DNA of 64,000 bases, taken from assembly GCA_051751285.1 (NCBI GenBank), contig JBNJKT010000010.1, forward strand, positions 20,006 through 84,005, written 5' to 3'. The position numbers and the translations under genes are program-made. Each line of letters begins with the position of its first letter. The stretch's first letter is position 1. The notes beneath the pieces are model-generated. The model saw only the letters and a program-made list of their open reading frames with translations. It was not told where the DNA came from and searched no databases. This stretch comes from Pseudomonadota bacterium. GTDB lineage: Bacteria; Pseudomonadota; Gammaproteobacteria; Pseudomonadales; Halomonadaceae. Below are positions 52,224 through 62,816 of this stretch, piece by piece.

Positions 52224-54206
52224 TCATTCGCCGACCACGCTGTTGCGCCCCAGTGACTTGGCTGCATAGCTCGCCGCGTCGGCACGCCCTGTCACGTCGT
52301 CGATGGTCTGGTCCGTCGGCTGGAAGCTACCCACCCCGATGCTGACCGTCACCCGCCACGTCTGCCCGTTCTGTTCCAGCCCATCGGCGGCAATCCTCGC
52401 CCGCAGCGACTCCGCGATACGCATGGCCTGTGAAAGCTCGCAGCCCGGCAGCAGGATGGCGAATTCGTCGCCCCCTTGACGAGCGGCATGATCACTGTTG
52501 CGTATTTCAGCACCCATCGCGGCGGACACCTGCTGCAGCATTCTGTCGCCCAGGGCGTGGCCGCCCGTATCGTTGACGCTCTTGAAGTGGTCCAGATCGA
52601 ATATCATCAGGGACGATGGAGTGCCGGCTTTTTCCCAGGCAGCAAAGGCCTCCTCCAGCCGGCGCTGGAAACCGCGACGATTGAGCAGGCCGGTCAGTGG
52701 ATCATGCTCTGCTTCCCAACGGAGAAGGGTGTCCTCGTTCTGGCGCTGGGTGATGTCGCGGACGATCCCCACCAGCCCGATGATCTCGCCGTCCACGCGG
52801 ATCGCGTTGGCGTGGACGTCGAGCCAGTAGAGTTCTCCCTCCTTGCCGCAATAACGGAACTGACGGACAAGGTCCTTTTGCTGGAGAAGGCACGCCTGCC
52901 AGGCGGCCACCAGCGGTTCGCGATCCTCCTCGTGGATACGCTTGGCCCAGGCCGGCAGATGGACTGGCGGTACGATCCCCAGCAGGTCTTTCAGTGCCCG
53001 GTTGACGAAGGTCAGACGTCCCCTGGTGTCGGTGACGAACATGCCCTGGGGTGACGCGGCCAGGGTTCCCTTGAGGAACGCCTTGCGCCGTTGCAGGTCG
53101 TCCATCGTCCTCGCACGGTCCTGTTCCACCTCATTGAAGACGTCGATGATGCGGCGCAGTTCGTGCATGCGGGTGGCTATCTGAAGAGAGCGCCGTTGGC
53201 CATGACCCAGTTCCTTGATCTGATGGGCCAGGCGCGTCAGTGGCCGCAACACCAGCCAGATCAAGGCTGCCATCACCGGCAGCAGCAGCCCCAGGACCCA
53301 CAAGGCCCGCAGAGCAATGCGCTCCATGACGTTTGTCAGGGGGGTATAGACCTGTTCGAGAGGCAGGTAGAGGCCCAGTATCCAGTCGGCGGGCCAGATC
53401 TGTCGATAGGCCGTCAGCGCCGAGCCGCCTTCTCGCAGTTGGCCACTGGCTTCGCCCTCCCAGCCATCCAGCGCCAGGTCCAGCCAGGGGTCTTCCCTCA
53501 GGCTATCCAGCGTCGGCAGGTTCTGCCTCTGCTCGGGATGATAGATCAGCCGGCCCGAGGCCGTGGCGATCACTACGTGGCCTTCTTCGCCCAGCCGGAG
53601 GCGATCGAATCCCGTGAACAGCTCGCTCTGGTCGAGTTCGACCAGCCCGCCCAGGAAACCGGCATAGCGGCCCCTCTCATCGTGGCGTGGAACGAGCATC
53701 ATGACCAGCAGCCTGCCCGAGACCTCCCCGACGAAGGGCTCGCTGACATGGGGGCGCTGGATATTACGCATGAAGCGCGCGTAGCTCCGGTGGCTAATGT
53801 CCCGGCCGATACGGCCCGTTATCGTGGGCCAGTCATCGATGACGGTATTCTCGGCATCGACCACGACCAGGCCCTCGAACAGCGCGAGCAAGGGATCGTG
53901 GTTTCCCTGGGCCAGAGATCCCGGCGAGGGATCCGGGAGCTGAGCGGCCAGGCGTTCCAGCACTTCCAGACGCTGCTCGATCTCATGCGTGATGTCGTTG
54001 CGTATCAGGTTCGCCTCATAGCGAAGGTGCACGCGGTTGGATTCCTCGACCAGCAGGGTGCCGGACTGCCAGCCAAGGGCCAGCAGTATCAGGCACAACA
54101 GTGTCCAGATCACCACGACCCCCAGCAGCAGGCGGCCCCGCAGCGAGAAGAGGTGGCGGTGGAGAGCATGTCTCAAGGGCTGGGCGAATTTCTGTTGAAA
54201 GGCCAC
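52224..54206 (-). CDS. sensor diguanylate cyclase (TM-Cache-like-TM-HAMP-PAS-GGDEF)
   Basis: Two TM segments flank a periplasmic domain. A PAS region and the RQGGDEFAILL active-site motif follow. Confidence 0.85.
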   Translation of the reverse strand: MAFQQKFAQPLRHALHRHLFSLRGRLLLGVVVIWTLLCLILLALGWQSGTLLVEESNRVHLRYEANLIRNDITHEIEQRLEVLERLAAQLPDPSPGSLAQGNHDPLLALFEGLVVVDAENTVIDDWPTITGRIGRDISHRSYARFMRNIQRPHVSEPFVGEVSGRLLVMMLVPRHDERGRYAGFLGGLVELDQSELFTGFDRLRLGEEGHVVIATASGRLIYHPEQRQNLPTLDSLREDPWLDLALDGWEGEASGQLREGGSALTAYRQIWPADWILGLYLPLEQVYTPLTNVMERIALRALWVLGLLLPVMAALIWLVLRPLTRLAHQIKELGHGQRRSLQIATRMHELRRIIDVFNEVEQDRARTMDDLQRRKAFLKGTLAASPQGMFVTDTRGRLTFVNRALKDLLGIVPPVHLPAWAKRIHEEDREPLVAAWQACLLQQKDLVRQFRYCGKEGELYWLDVHANAIRVDGEIIGLVGIVRDITQRQNEDTLLRWEAEHDPLTGLLNRRGFQRRLEEAFAAWEKAGTPSSLMIFDLDHFKSVNDTGGHALGDRMLQQVSAAMGAEIRNSDHAARQGGDEFAILLPGCELSQAMRIAESLRARIAADGLEQNGQTWRVTVSIGVGSFQPTDQTIDDVTGRADAASYAAKSLGRNSVVGE

Positions 54207-54327
54207 GGCTCTCCTTATGCCGTCGTCATGCTGGGTTCGCGTCGCAGTGTTTCCCTGTTTTCGCTACAGTTTACCCCCAAGGCGCCGTTGAAAGCAGGGC
54301 GCCCCCCTGGTCAACAAGGCTTGAACC

Positions 54328-54999
54328 ATGACCTCGACTGACACTGTCAACCGGACTCTGCGGTGTTGGGTGTCGCTACGCCTTCTGTCCGCTCTGGTGT
54401 TCCTCCCGTTGCTCCCGGGCTGTGCGATGCTGGCCCCGGCACCACCCGAGAACCCGTCGAACATCTGCGAGATCTTCCGCGAGCAGCCCGACTGGTACGA
54501 CTATGCACGGGACTCGCAGGAGAAATGGGGAACGCCCGTTGCGACCCAGATGGCGTTCATCCAGCGCGAATCCAGCTTCCGCAGCCATGTGAAGCCGCCC
54601 CGCGGCAAGCTGCTCGGCTTCATTCCCTGGACCCGGCCCTCCTCAGCCTACGGCTACGCCCAGGCCCAGGACCCGGTGTGGGACGAGTACGAGGAGGAGG
54701 CAGGGCAGCTGTTTTCGCGGCGGACCCACATGAAACACGCCACCGACTTCATCGGCTGGTACAACGCCCGCACCCGGCGCATGACCGGGGTGTCCTTGAA
54801 CAACCCCGAGCACCTTTATCTGGCCTACCACGAAGGGCAGGGCGGTTACCGACGCGGCTCCTGGCAAGCCAAGCCCGCCGTGCAGCGCACCGCTCGCCAG
54901 GTTGCGGCTACCGCCTCGCGCTACAGGCATCAGCTGGCCGCCTGTGAGGCGGAGTTCCGCTGCGATAGCCTGCTCGAAATATGGCCCTTCTGCCGCTGA
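54328..54999 (+). CDS. lipoprotein, transglycosylase SLT-like domain protein
   Basis: Lipobox LLPGC and a conserved IQRESSFR..AYGYAQA region. Confidence 0.65.
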   Translation: MTSTDTVNRTLRCWVSLRLLSALVFLPLLPGCAMLAPAPPENPSNICEIFREQPDWYDYARDSQEKWGTPVATQMAFIQRESSFRSHVKPPRGKLLGFIPWTRPSSAYGYAQAQDPVWDEYEEEAGQLFSRRTHMKHATDFIGWYNARTRRMTGVSLNNPEHLYLAYHEGQGGYRRGSWQAKPAVQRTARQVAATASRYRHQLAACEAEFRCDSLLEIWPFCR

Positions 55000-55148
55000 T
55001 CTCGCGCTGACTCATTGCCCTGGAGGGGATGAGCACGGAGACTGGCATCCGCGTTCGAAGCGCCGCATCATCCTGGGTATCACCACAAGGGCGTGACGGG
55101 CCGGCGGCTGCCCGGCACCGCGTCGATCATGTGCAGGGAGCAAGGTTC

Positions 55149-58100
55149 ATGCCGTTCAAGACCCGTGATATCGCCCTGGACAGCTGGCTGCTGATGGTGT
55201 CGGCCGCCTTCGTGCTGATGGGGCTGGCGGGGATGATGCAGTGGCTTGACGACGCCTTGCCGACGCTGCTGGCCACGGACGCCGCGCTGGCCATCTTGCT
55301 GTGCGGGGCTGGCCTGGTTGCCGTGGTGCAGTGCTGGCCGCGGTTACGCCTTCTGGCGGGTGGCGCCCTGCTGGCCTTGATGGGCTATATCCTGCTGTAC
55401 AACACCCTCATTGGCCCCGGTCAGTCGAGCCTCTACTGGCTGCCCGGGGAGCCGCGGGTATCCCCGCTGTCGGCCGTCTTGCTGGTGGGGGTGGCCAGCT
55501 GTCTGCTGTCAGGGCTCGATCGCCCAGGCCGGCGTCGGCTGTGGCAGCTGTGCGGCTGCCTGCTGCTCTTGATCGGGGCCCTGGTGCTGGGTGCCACGCT
55601 CTTGCTCCCGGCGGATGGCCCGGGCCTGGCGGACATGATCTCGTCTCCGCCGGGGGTCGCCCTGTTCACGCTGACGTATGGCAGTGCCATGGTCGCGGCG
55701 AGTGTCAGAACGCGCTACAGGAAGCTCCAGTTGGGAAGAGCGGCCGTGACGGCCGGCCTGGTCGGCGTGCTGGCCAGCAGTCTGGCGTGGTACCTGCTGG
55801 GCTGGCAACAGCAGCAACGGACGAATCAGCAGGCGGAATTCCTGCTCGACAACGTTCGTTTCAATGCCGAGCAGGTGATGGAGTCCCACCTGACGCTGAT
55901 GCAGCGCATGGCCGAGCGCCTGGATGCCTCCGCTTCGGGACTGGAACCCGCCGTACGCCAGCGCGATGTGGCCAATAATCTGCGCGATACGCCGAGTCTT
56001 GAGGTCATCGGCCTTTTGAGCCGCGACCAGGACTGGCTGTGGCGTCAGGCGCGCAGCCGTGAGGCTCAGGCGTGGCTGGCAGAATGGACGGATGCCGAGC
56101 GCGTGCAGGACTGGTTGAGCATGCCGTTTCCCGAGCCGCGCATGATGGTGCCGGATGACAGCACACCTGGCATGGCGATCATGGCGATCGCGGTACCGAG
56201 TCGTGACCAGCAGCTGGTGGCCGTGCTGGACATGGCGACCCTCCTCGAGCAAGGGCTGCGTATTCAACTGGTGGGTTTCCAGGTCAACCTCTCCCGTGAC
56301 GCCGAGCTGATCACCGCCCTGGCGGCGCGGGGCATGAGAGCGCGGGAGGTGAGTGACGCTTCCCGCCTTGCCGTTCGCCACATCGGCCTGCCGGGTGGCA
56401 CCATGCTCAGCCCTTCGGTGCACCCCGGTGGCGAGGCGAACTGGCTGCAGGCGGGGCTGGTGCCTTCAGCCGTTGGCCTGGGTGGGCTGACACTGAGCTA
56501 TCTGCTGGTCTTCAGCCTGGGGATGGTGCGCCTGGCCCTGGGGCATTCCCGGAACCTGATGGCTGCCCGGGAGCAGCTCGAGCAGCAGCAATCCATCCAG
56601 GCGATGATCGCCGAGGAGGTGCCGGTCGATCGGATCCTGGAGTCCATCTGCACCATGCTCGAGAGGCAGCTGCCGGGGGGGTTATGCTCGATCATGCTGG
56701 CTGACGACGAAGGCCACACCTTGCGCCTGGTGGCGGGTAACAGTCTGCCGGTCAGCTTCCGTGAGGCGCTCGGCTCGATTCCCATCGGGGCCGGCGTGGG
56801 GACCTGTGGCAGCTCGGCCCATGGCCGTGAAGTCGTGATCTGTGAGGATATCGAGCATGACCCGCGCTGGGAGGGGTTCAAGTCGCTGGCTACCGACGCG
56901 GGGCTCCTGGCCTGCTGGTCCTATCCGGTGATCGCCAGTGAGGGTCGCCTGTTGGGGACCTTTGCGACCTACTATCGCCGCCCGGGCAAGCCGGGAAATA
57001 CCGAGCTCGAAAGGACGCGACAGGCCGTGGATCTGGTGGCGCTGGCCGTGGAGCGTGAGCAGGACAGGCGTTCGTTGTGGGAGAGTGAGCAGCGCTACCG
57101 TTCGTTGTTTGTCTATAACCCGGATGCGGTGTTTTCACTCGACCTGCAGGGCCACTTTGTTTCCGCCAATGCGCATTGTGCCGAGTTTACCGGTTTCTCC
57201 GTCGAACAGATCATAGGTAAGCACTTTTCTCGATTCCTGAACCCGAACGACCTTGCCTACGTGCAACAGAAATTCGAGATCACGTTGGACGGTGAACCCT
57301 GCCGCTATGAGCTGCAGATTCCTCATCGGGACGGCAAGATGCGCCGTCTGGATCTCACCAATCTGCCGATCGTTGTCGGCCAGCGAATCAAGGGTGTCTA
57401 TGGCATCGCCAAGGATGTGACCCAGCGGCGCGAGCACGAGACCCGATTGCGGATTCTCGAGCGCAGCGTGCAAGCCAGCGTCAACGGAGTATTGATCGCT
57501 GATGCGGAACAGCCCGATCTGCCGATCATCTATGCCAATGACGCCTTCCAGCGCATGACCGGGTATTCGCGAGAGGAGGTCATCGGCCGCAATTGCCGTT
57601 TTCTGCAGGGCGCCGAGACCGATATGGCGGCGGTGCAGCAGATTCGCCAGCAGCTGGCCAGCCAGAGTGATGTGCATGTCACCCTGTGCAATTATCGCAA
57701 GGACGGCACCCCCTTCTGGAACGACCTCTTCATCGCGCCGGTGCGAGATGAAGCGGGTCGGGTCTCCCACTACGTGGGGATCCAGCATGATATCTCCGAG
57801 CACAAGGCCTATGAGGCCAGGCTGGCCTACCATGCCAGCCATGATGCCTTGACCGGGTTGCCGAACCGCTCGCTGCTGGAGGATCGACTTGTCCATGACT
57901 TTGCGCTGGCCAGGCGGCAGGGACACCTGCTGGCGGTGCTCTTCGTCGACCTCGACGAGTTCAAGCCGATCAACGACAGCCTGGGCCATGCCATAGGAGA
58001 CCAGCTGCTTAAGGGTGTTGCACAGCGACTCTCCGCGGCGATGCGTCCGGGCGATACGCTGGCGCGCCTGGGCGGCGACGAGTTCGTGATACTGCTGCCC

Positions 58101-59141
58101 GACCTGCACGACGAAGAGCAGGCGCTGCAGGTAGCCGAGCGGCTGCTGCCGATCATTGCCCGGCCCTATCGGATAGGTGAGCACGAGCTTTCGCTGTCGT
58201 GCAGTATCGGGATCGCGGTCAGCAACCCCGGGGTCTCCCAGGCCATCGAGCTTATCCAGCAGGCCGACATGGCCATGTACCGGGCCAAGCAGCAAGGGCG
58301 CAATGCCTACCAGTGGTTCACCCCCGAGATCACCCATCGGTTGGGGGATCGCGTCGCGTTGCGCAACGAGCTCCAGGAAGCGATCGATACCGAGGCCTTC
58401 GAGCTGCACTATCAGCCGTTGATCGATCGCCAGGGACGGGTCGCGAGCGTGGAGGCGCTGCTGCGCTGGTCCAACCCCTTACGCGGCGATGTCTCTCCCG
58501 CCCAGTTCATTCCCCTGGCCGAAGAGACCGGTCAGATCATTCCCATCAGCGAATGGGTGCTTTCCAGAGCCTGCCAGGACCTGCGCATGCTCGACCAGGC
58601 AGGACACGGCATCCTCAATGTCGCGGTCAACCTCTCGCCACTGCAGTTCCATCGTTCGAGCTTTCTCGGCAACCTGCGCCAGGCCCTGGCGGTGACCGGG
58701 CTGCCGGCGCCGAAGCTGTCACTGGAGCTGACCGAGGGCGTGCTGATGAACGATACGGAAAGTGCCATCGACATCTTGCATGCCCTCAGGGGCATGGGCG
58801 TGGGGGTGGCCATCGACGATTTCGGTACCGGCTTTTCCAGTCTCAGCTACCTCAAGAATCTGCCCGTCGACACGGTGAAGATCGACCGCAGCTTCGTCAG
58901 CGAAGTGACACGCAATGCGGAGGATGACGCCATCATCCAGGGCATCATCTCCATGGCGCATCACCTCGGGCTCAAGGTGGTCGCCGAAGGCATCGAGCAC
59001 GAAGCGCAGTACCGCCTGCTGATGGCCCATGGCTGCGACCTCTTTCAGGGCTTCCACCTTGCGCGGCCCATGCCGTTGGAGAGCCTCATCGAATTCATCG
59101 GCGCGTCACGCGCCCTCGACAGCATCGGACCGCGAGAATGA
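55149..59141 (+). CDS. multi-domain c-di-GMP signalling protein: N-terminal membrane sensor, GAF, PAS, LOV, GGDEF, EAL
   Basis: ATG at 55149 after GGGAG. GAF (..ACWSYPVIASEGRLLGTFATYY), LOV (IIYANDAFQRMTGYSREEVIGRNCRFLQGAETD), GGDEF (RLGGDEFVILL) and EAL (VEALLRW, DDFGTGFSSLSYL, KIDRSF). Confidence 0.85.
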   Translation: MPFKTRDIALDSWLLMVSAAFVLMGLAGMMQWLDDALPTLLATDAALAILLCGAGLVAVVQCWPRLRLLAGGALLALMGYILLYNTLIGPGQSSLYWLPGEPRVSPLSAVLLVGVASCLLSGLDRPGRRRLWQLCGCLLLLIGALVLGATLLLPADGPGLADMISSPPGVALFTLTYGSAMVAASVRTRYRKLQLGRAAVTAGLVGVLASSLAWYLLGWQQQQRTNQQAEFLLDNVRFNAEQVMESHLTLMQRMAERLDASASGLEPAVRQRDVANNLRDTPSLEVIGLLSRDQDWLWRQARSREAQAWLAEWTDAERVQDWLSMPFPEPRMMVPDDSTPGMAIMAIAVPSRDQQLVAVLDMATLLEQGLRIQLVGFQVNLSRDAELITALAARGMRAREVSDASRLAVRHIGLPGGTMLSPSVHPGGEANWLQAGLVPSAVGLGGLTLSYLLVFSLGMVRLALGHSRNLMAAREQLEQQQSIQAMIAEEVPVDRILESICTMLERQLPGGLCSIMLADDEGHTLRLVAGNSLPVSFREALGSIPIGAGVGTCGSSAHGREVVICEDIEHDPRWEGFKSLATDAGLLACWSYPVIASEGRLLGTFATYYRRPGKPGNTELERTRQAVDLVALAVEREQDRRSLWESEQRYRSLFVYNPDAVFSLDLQGHFVSANAHCAEFTGFSVEQIIGKHFSRFLNPNDLAYVQQKFEITLDGEPCRYELQIPHRDGKMRRLDLTNLPIVVGQRIKGVYGIAKDVTQRREHETRLRILERSVQASVNGVLIADAEQPDLPIIYANDAFQRMTGYSREEVIGRNCRFLQGAETDMAAVQQIRQQLASQSDVHVTLCNYRKDGTPFWNDLFIAPVRDEAGRVSHYVGIQHDISEHKAYEARLAYHASHDALTGLPNRSLLEDRLVHDFALARRQGHLLAVLFVDLDEFKPINDSLGHAIGDQLLKGVAQRLSAAMRPGDTLARLGGDEFVILLPDLHDEEQALQVAERLLPIIARPYRIGEHELSLSCSIGIAVSNPGVSQAIELIQQADMAMYRAKQQGRNAYQWFTPEITHRLGDRVALRNELQEAIDTEAFELHYQPLIDRQGRVASVEALLRWSNPLRGDVSPAQFIPLAEETGQIIPISEWVLSRACQDLRMLDQAGHGILNVAVNLSPLQFHRSSFLGNLRQALAVTGLPAPKLSLELTEGVLMNDTESAIDILHALRGMGVGVAIDDFGTGFSSLSYLKNLPVDTVKIDRSFVSEVTRNAEDDAIIQGIISMAHHLGLKVVAEGIEHEAQYRLLMAHGCDLFQGFHLARPMPLESLIEFIGASRALDSIGPRE

Positions 59142-59175
59142 TCCACTGCCGTCCGGACGGTGAGTGTCGTGCCGG

Positions 59176-59934
59176 TCACAGCTGCCGACGCCAGCGGCTT
59201 TCGATGGTCTCCAGCTCCGCCGGCCCGTAGAGGGCCTGGGGATGACCGCCGTAATGGGCCCATAGCTGGTCTCCCGCATCGTAGTGCCACCATTCGCTCG
59301 GCAGGTTGGTAAAGCCCTGTTCGCACATGGCGGCGAAGAGGCGACGTCGGTTGTCACGCGCCTGTCGCTGCCGGGCATTCGGGCGAGAGCTGGCTTCCAG
59401 GGCAGCGGTGTGGGATCCCGGCACGGCCTCGTCGAACAGGGTTCCCATGTCCAGCGGCAGCCCATCGGCATCGCTCAGGGTCACATCCACGGCGCCGCCG
59501 GTGAGGTGAGGGCTCGGCGAGCTCGGCTCGCGGCTGGGCACGGCGACGAATTCCCGCGTGCGCTCCAGCAGCGCCTCCTCGTCGAGCTCAGGGTGGTGCG
59601 ACCGGATGGCCTCCTGCAGGGTATCGAAGAGATACTGCTGCACGCGCCAGGGTCGCCAGCCGTCGAGGACAATCAGCCCATATTCCGCTGGCAGTGAACG
59701 TGCCACCTTCAGCAGCCGCCGATAGACCCCTTCTCGGACATAGCATTCGTTGATCGCGCCGGGAATGTCCTCCTTGGCATAGACCGGGAAGATCTTGATC
59801 GGCGAGGGCGCCAGGCTCAGCGGGACCAGCGGCTCGTCACTTCCGGTGATGGGGATGCGGCTCACCACCGACCAGTCAGGCTCAGGGTGGTGATCGATGG
59901 GCGATGACAGGGAGCGGTTCACAGGAGTCTCCAT
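59176..59934 (-). CDS. ddpX: D-alanyl-D-alanine dipeptidase (VanX/DdpX, peptidase M15D)
   Basis: LIVLDGWRPWRVQQYLF, SPHLTGGAVDVTL and WWHYD motifs. The ATG at 59934 lies 4 nt after the dctM stop. Confidence 0.82.
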   Translation of the reverse strand: METPVNRSLSSPIDHHPEPDWSVVSRIPITGSDEPLVPLSLAPSPIKIFPVYAKEDIPGAINECYVREGVYRRLLKVARSLPAEYGLIVLDGWRPWRVQQYLFDTLQEAIRSHHPELDEEALLERTREFVAVPSREPSSPSPHLTGGAVDVTLSDADGLPLDMGTLFDEAVPGSHTAALEASSRPNARQRQARDNRRRLFAAMCEQGFTNLPSEWWHYDAGDQLWAHYGGHPQALYGPAELETIESRWRRQL

Positions 59935-59938
59935 GGGG

Positions 59939-61216
59939 TCAACCAAGATGGGTCGGTAGCCAGAGCGTGAGGGAAGGAAACAGGATGAGAAGGATCAGTA
60001 CCAGGACCGCGGTCACCACGAACGGCCAGATCGTTCGAAACAGCAACGTGATCTCGAGCCGGCTCACCGCGGCCGCCACGAACACACAGGCGCCCATCGG
60101 CGGGGTGATCAGAGCAATGGTGATATTCAAGGTGATAATGATACCTAGATGCACTGGGTCAATACCCGCCATCATCGCTACGGGGGAGAAGATCGGCGTC
60201 AACAGCATCAGGGCCGAGACTTCCTCCATGAACATCCCCGTGACGAAGGTGATCAGGCTCAGCAGCAGCAGAATCACCACCGGTTGCTCGATGTAAGGGG
60301 CCAGCAGGGCGACGAACTGGTTGGGCACCTGGGCATAGGAGAGCAGCCAGCTGATGGTGGCCGAGGCGGCCATGATCAGGAAGATTGCTGAGGTCAGGCT
60401 CGTAGTATCGACCATGGCCTTCCAGAAGCCGGCGATTCGCAAGTTGCCCTGGGCCAGGCCGCAAAGCGCCACGTACAGCGCCGTCAGTGCCCCGGATTCG
60501 GTAGGTGTAACAAAGCCCATGACAATACCCGAGACAATGATGAACGGTGCTACCAGCGCGGGCAGGGCGCCCAGTGCCGTCACGGCCAGCTCCCGTCGTG
60601 AGGGGAGTCCGCCGCGCTTCTCCAGTCCCTTGTGCCAGGCATACCAGGCGTTCATGGTCATGAACGCTATACCCAGCACCAAGCCCGGGATCACCCCGGC
60701 GAGAAACAGGTCGCCGACCGAGGTGTTGGTCAGAGACGCGTAGAGGATCATGAAAATGCTGGGTGGGATGATCGGCCCGATCAACGAGCTCCCGGCCGTC
60801 AGGCCCGCAGCGAACGCTGTGGAGTAACCCTCCTTGCGCATGGGCGGTACAAGAAGTGATCCCAGCGCCGAAGTGTCGGCAACCGCGGAGCCGTTGACGC
60901 CAGCGAAGAAGACGCTGGACACCACGTTGACATGGCCCATGCCGCCACGCAGGTGACCGACCAGCAACTTGGCGAAGGCCATGAGTCGGTCCGTCAGCCG
61001 GGTCACGTTCATCAGGTTGCCGGCGAGAATGAACAACGGGATGGCCATCAAGGAGAAGGCATTGATGCCCCCGAAGAACTGCTGGGGCATCATGCGCGGG
61101 ATCATGGCGGGATCCACGAACATGAATCCCACTACCGCCGTGGTCAAAAGGGAGATGAACAGCGGCAAGCCCAGTAGCACGTGGACAAGAAATACCGCCA
61201 GCATGGTCAACGTCAT
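59939..61216 (-). CDS. dctM: TRAP transporter large permease
   Basis: MTLTMLAVFLVHVLLGLPLFISL.., 425 aa. An ATGA overlap with the dctQ stop shows the listed 594-aa ORF is a run-on artefact. Confidence 0.9.
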   Translation of the reverse strand: MTLTMLAVFLVHVLLGLPLFISLLTTAVVGFMFVDPAMIPRMMPQQFFGGINAFSLMAIPLFILAGNLMNVTRLTDRLMAFAKLLVGHLRGGMGHVNVVSSVFFAGVNGSAVADTSALGSLLVPPMRKEGYSTAFAAGLTAGSSLIGPIIPPSIFMILYASLTNTSVGDLFLAGVIPGLVLGIAFMTMNAWYAWHKGLEKRGGLPSRRELAVTALGALPALVAPFIIVSGIVMGFVTPTESGALTALYVALCGLAQGNLRIAGFWKAMVDTTSLTSAIFLIMAASATISWLLSYAQVPNQFVALLAPYIEQPVVILLLLSLITFVTGMFMEEVSALMLLTPIFSPVAMMAGIDPVHLGIIITLNITIALITPPMGACVFVAAAVSRLEITLLFRTIWPFVVTAVLVLILLILFPSLTLWLPTHLG

Positions 61217-61716
61217 GCGGGCTCCTCCGTGAGCGTCTTCAGGGGCGCCGGACCATATAACAGGGCATGCCATGCCAGCAGTGCGAAACCGACCGGCAGT
61301 GACAACATGGGAAGGGTTCTGCTGATCCCCAGCCCCTGGCTGGTGAACATCGAGACGGACATGGCGTAGCGATAACTGATAATGGCCGCCGCGATGGCAA
61401 TGCCCAGCGTCAAGAGCCACTGATAGACGTTGAGGATACGGCACAGCGGGGCAGGGAGGAGGCGCTCGATCAGCGCGACGCGCATGTGACCGCCTTCGAC
61501 CCAGACGGCACCGGCACCGAGCAGCACGCTGCCGATAATCAGAAAGCGGGCCAGCTCGTCCGTCCAGATGGGCGCCCCTCCGGCAAGATAACGCATGAAC
61601 ACGCCGAAAAGGATCACTGCCAGATCGATGAGCAGCAGGCTGCTGGAAATCGTAAGGGACACGGACCGGCTGATGGCCAGTACGCGAGTGTTGAGGAACG
61701 TCATAATGGACGCCAT
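61213..61716 (-). CDS. dctQ: TRAP transporter small permease
   Basis: 167 aa, 4 TM segments, in the position between dctP and dctM. Confidence 0.85.
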   Translation of the reverse strand: MASIMTFLNTRVLAISRSVSLTISSSLLLIDLAVILFGVFMRYLAGGAPIWTDELARFLIIGSVLLGAGAVWVEGGHMRVALIERLLPAPLCRILNVYQWLLTLGIAIAAAIISYRYAMSVSMFTSQGLGISRTLPMLSLPVGFALLAWHALLYGPAPLKTLTEEPA

Positions 61717-61781
61717 CTGTCATGGGGCAGGGGAATGTTACCCCCTGCCCGGATTGCAGGATGTCTCAATGAAAGTGGTGC

Positions 61782-62816
61782 TTATTCGGCGAGGTGGGTC
61801 ATCTCCGCATCCTCGAGCGCCATGTCGATGAAGGACGGATCGATGTCCTGCTCGCCGAGCCATTCCAGATAGGCCGGCTGGCCCTGCTCGCGGAACGCCG
61901 CCAGTTCTTCCTCGGACGGCCGGATCACCTCCATGCCCTCTTCCTTAAGGAAGGCGATGCGCTCGTCGACCCGGGACTCGTTGTGCTCGCGGGCCATCTG
62001 GTTGGCCTCCTCGACGGCCTCCATGAAGGCCTGGCGCAAGGTGTCGTCCCAGCCGTCAATCATGGCGCCGTTGCCGACCAGGAACTGGTCCGAGTACTGT
62101 ATGTTGGCCAGCGTCAGATAGTCCTGAACTTCATAGAGACTGCCCATGATGATGTACATCGGCGGGTTCATCTGACCATCGGCGACGCCAGTTTTCAGGG
62201 CCATGTAGACCTCGGTCCAGGGGATTGGCGTGCCTGATGCCCCGAAGGCTTCGTAGAGTGCTACCTGGCTTGGATCCATTGCGCGAAAGCGCAGGCCCTC
62301 GAAGTCGCTGGGTGAGGAGATCGGCTTTTGGTCGTTGGTGAAGGCCAGGAAACCGCCTTCTTCGACGACGGCCAGCAGCTCCACCCCGGTGCGCTCTCGC
62401 AGGGCATCCTCGACGGCCTGCCAGTACTGGCCTTCATCAAAGAAGGTGCGAGCCGATTCGAAGTCGTCAAAGAGGAAGGGGATGGCACTCACGAAGACTT
62501 CCGGCACCAGCGGCGACATGCCGGCGAAGGAGGCGATGTTCAGGTTGGCGCTGTTCATCGTCTGCTCCATGCGCTCCTGTTCCTCCCCCAGCATGCTGTT
62601 GGGGTAGAGCTTGAGCTCGAGTTCGCCTTCGGTCTTCTCCTCGACCAGCTCCTTGAGGTTGGTGGCGAAGACATGCACGGCATTCTTCTCGGGATCCGGG
62701 GCGCCGTTGTAGCTCAGGTTCACGGTTGTGGCGGCATATGCCTGGCTGGCAAAGGCGCCTGCGGCCAGCACAGCGGCAGCGAGGGAGGAAACGGCAAATG
62801 ATCGAGTAGGATTCAT
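61782..62816 (-). CDS. dctP: TRAP transporter substrate-binding protein
   Basis: Signal peptide, DctP-family length (344 aa) and operon context. Confidence 0.88.
   Translation of the reverse strand: MNPTRSFAVSSLAAAVLAAGAFASQAYAATTVNLSYNGAPDPEKNAVHVFATNLKELVEEKTEGELELKLYPNSMLGEEQERMEQTMNSANLNIASFAGMSPLVPEVFVSAIPFLFDDFESARTFFDEGQYWQAVEDALRERTGVELLAVVEEGGFLAFTNDQKPISSPSDFEGLRFRAMDPSQVALYEAFGASGTPIPWTEVYMALKTGVADGQMNPPMYIIMGSLYEVQDYLTLANIQYSDQFLVGNGAMIDGWDDTLRQAFMEAVEEANQMAREHNESRVDERIAFLKEEGMEVIRPSEEELAAFREQGQPAYLEWLGEQDIDPSFIDMALEDAEMTHLAE

Noticed and set aside
53091-58409. Long antisense ORFs (53091-54341 plus strand, 57135-58409 minus strand, 55509-56423 minus strand) within the two c-di-GMP sensor genes
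   Set aside because: They oppose genes with GGDEF, EAL and LOV motifs and have no independent support.
61217-61723. N-terminal extension of the listed 594-aa ORF 59939-61723
   Set aside because: This is a run-on over dctQ, which lies in a different frame. dctM starts at 61216 (MTLTMLAVF..) with an ATGA overlap.
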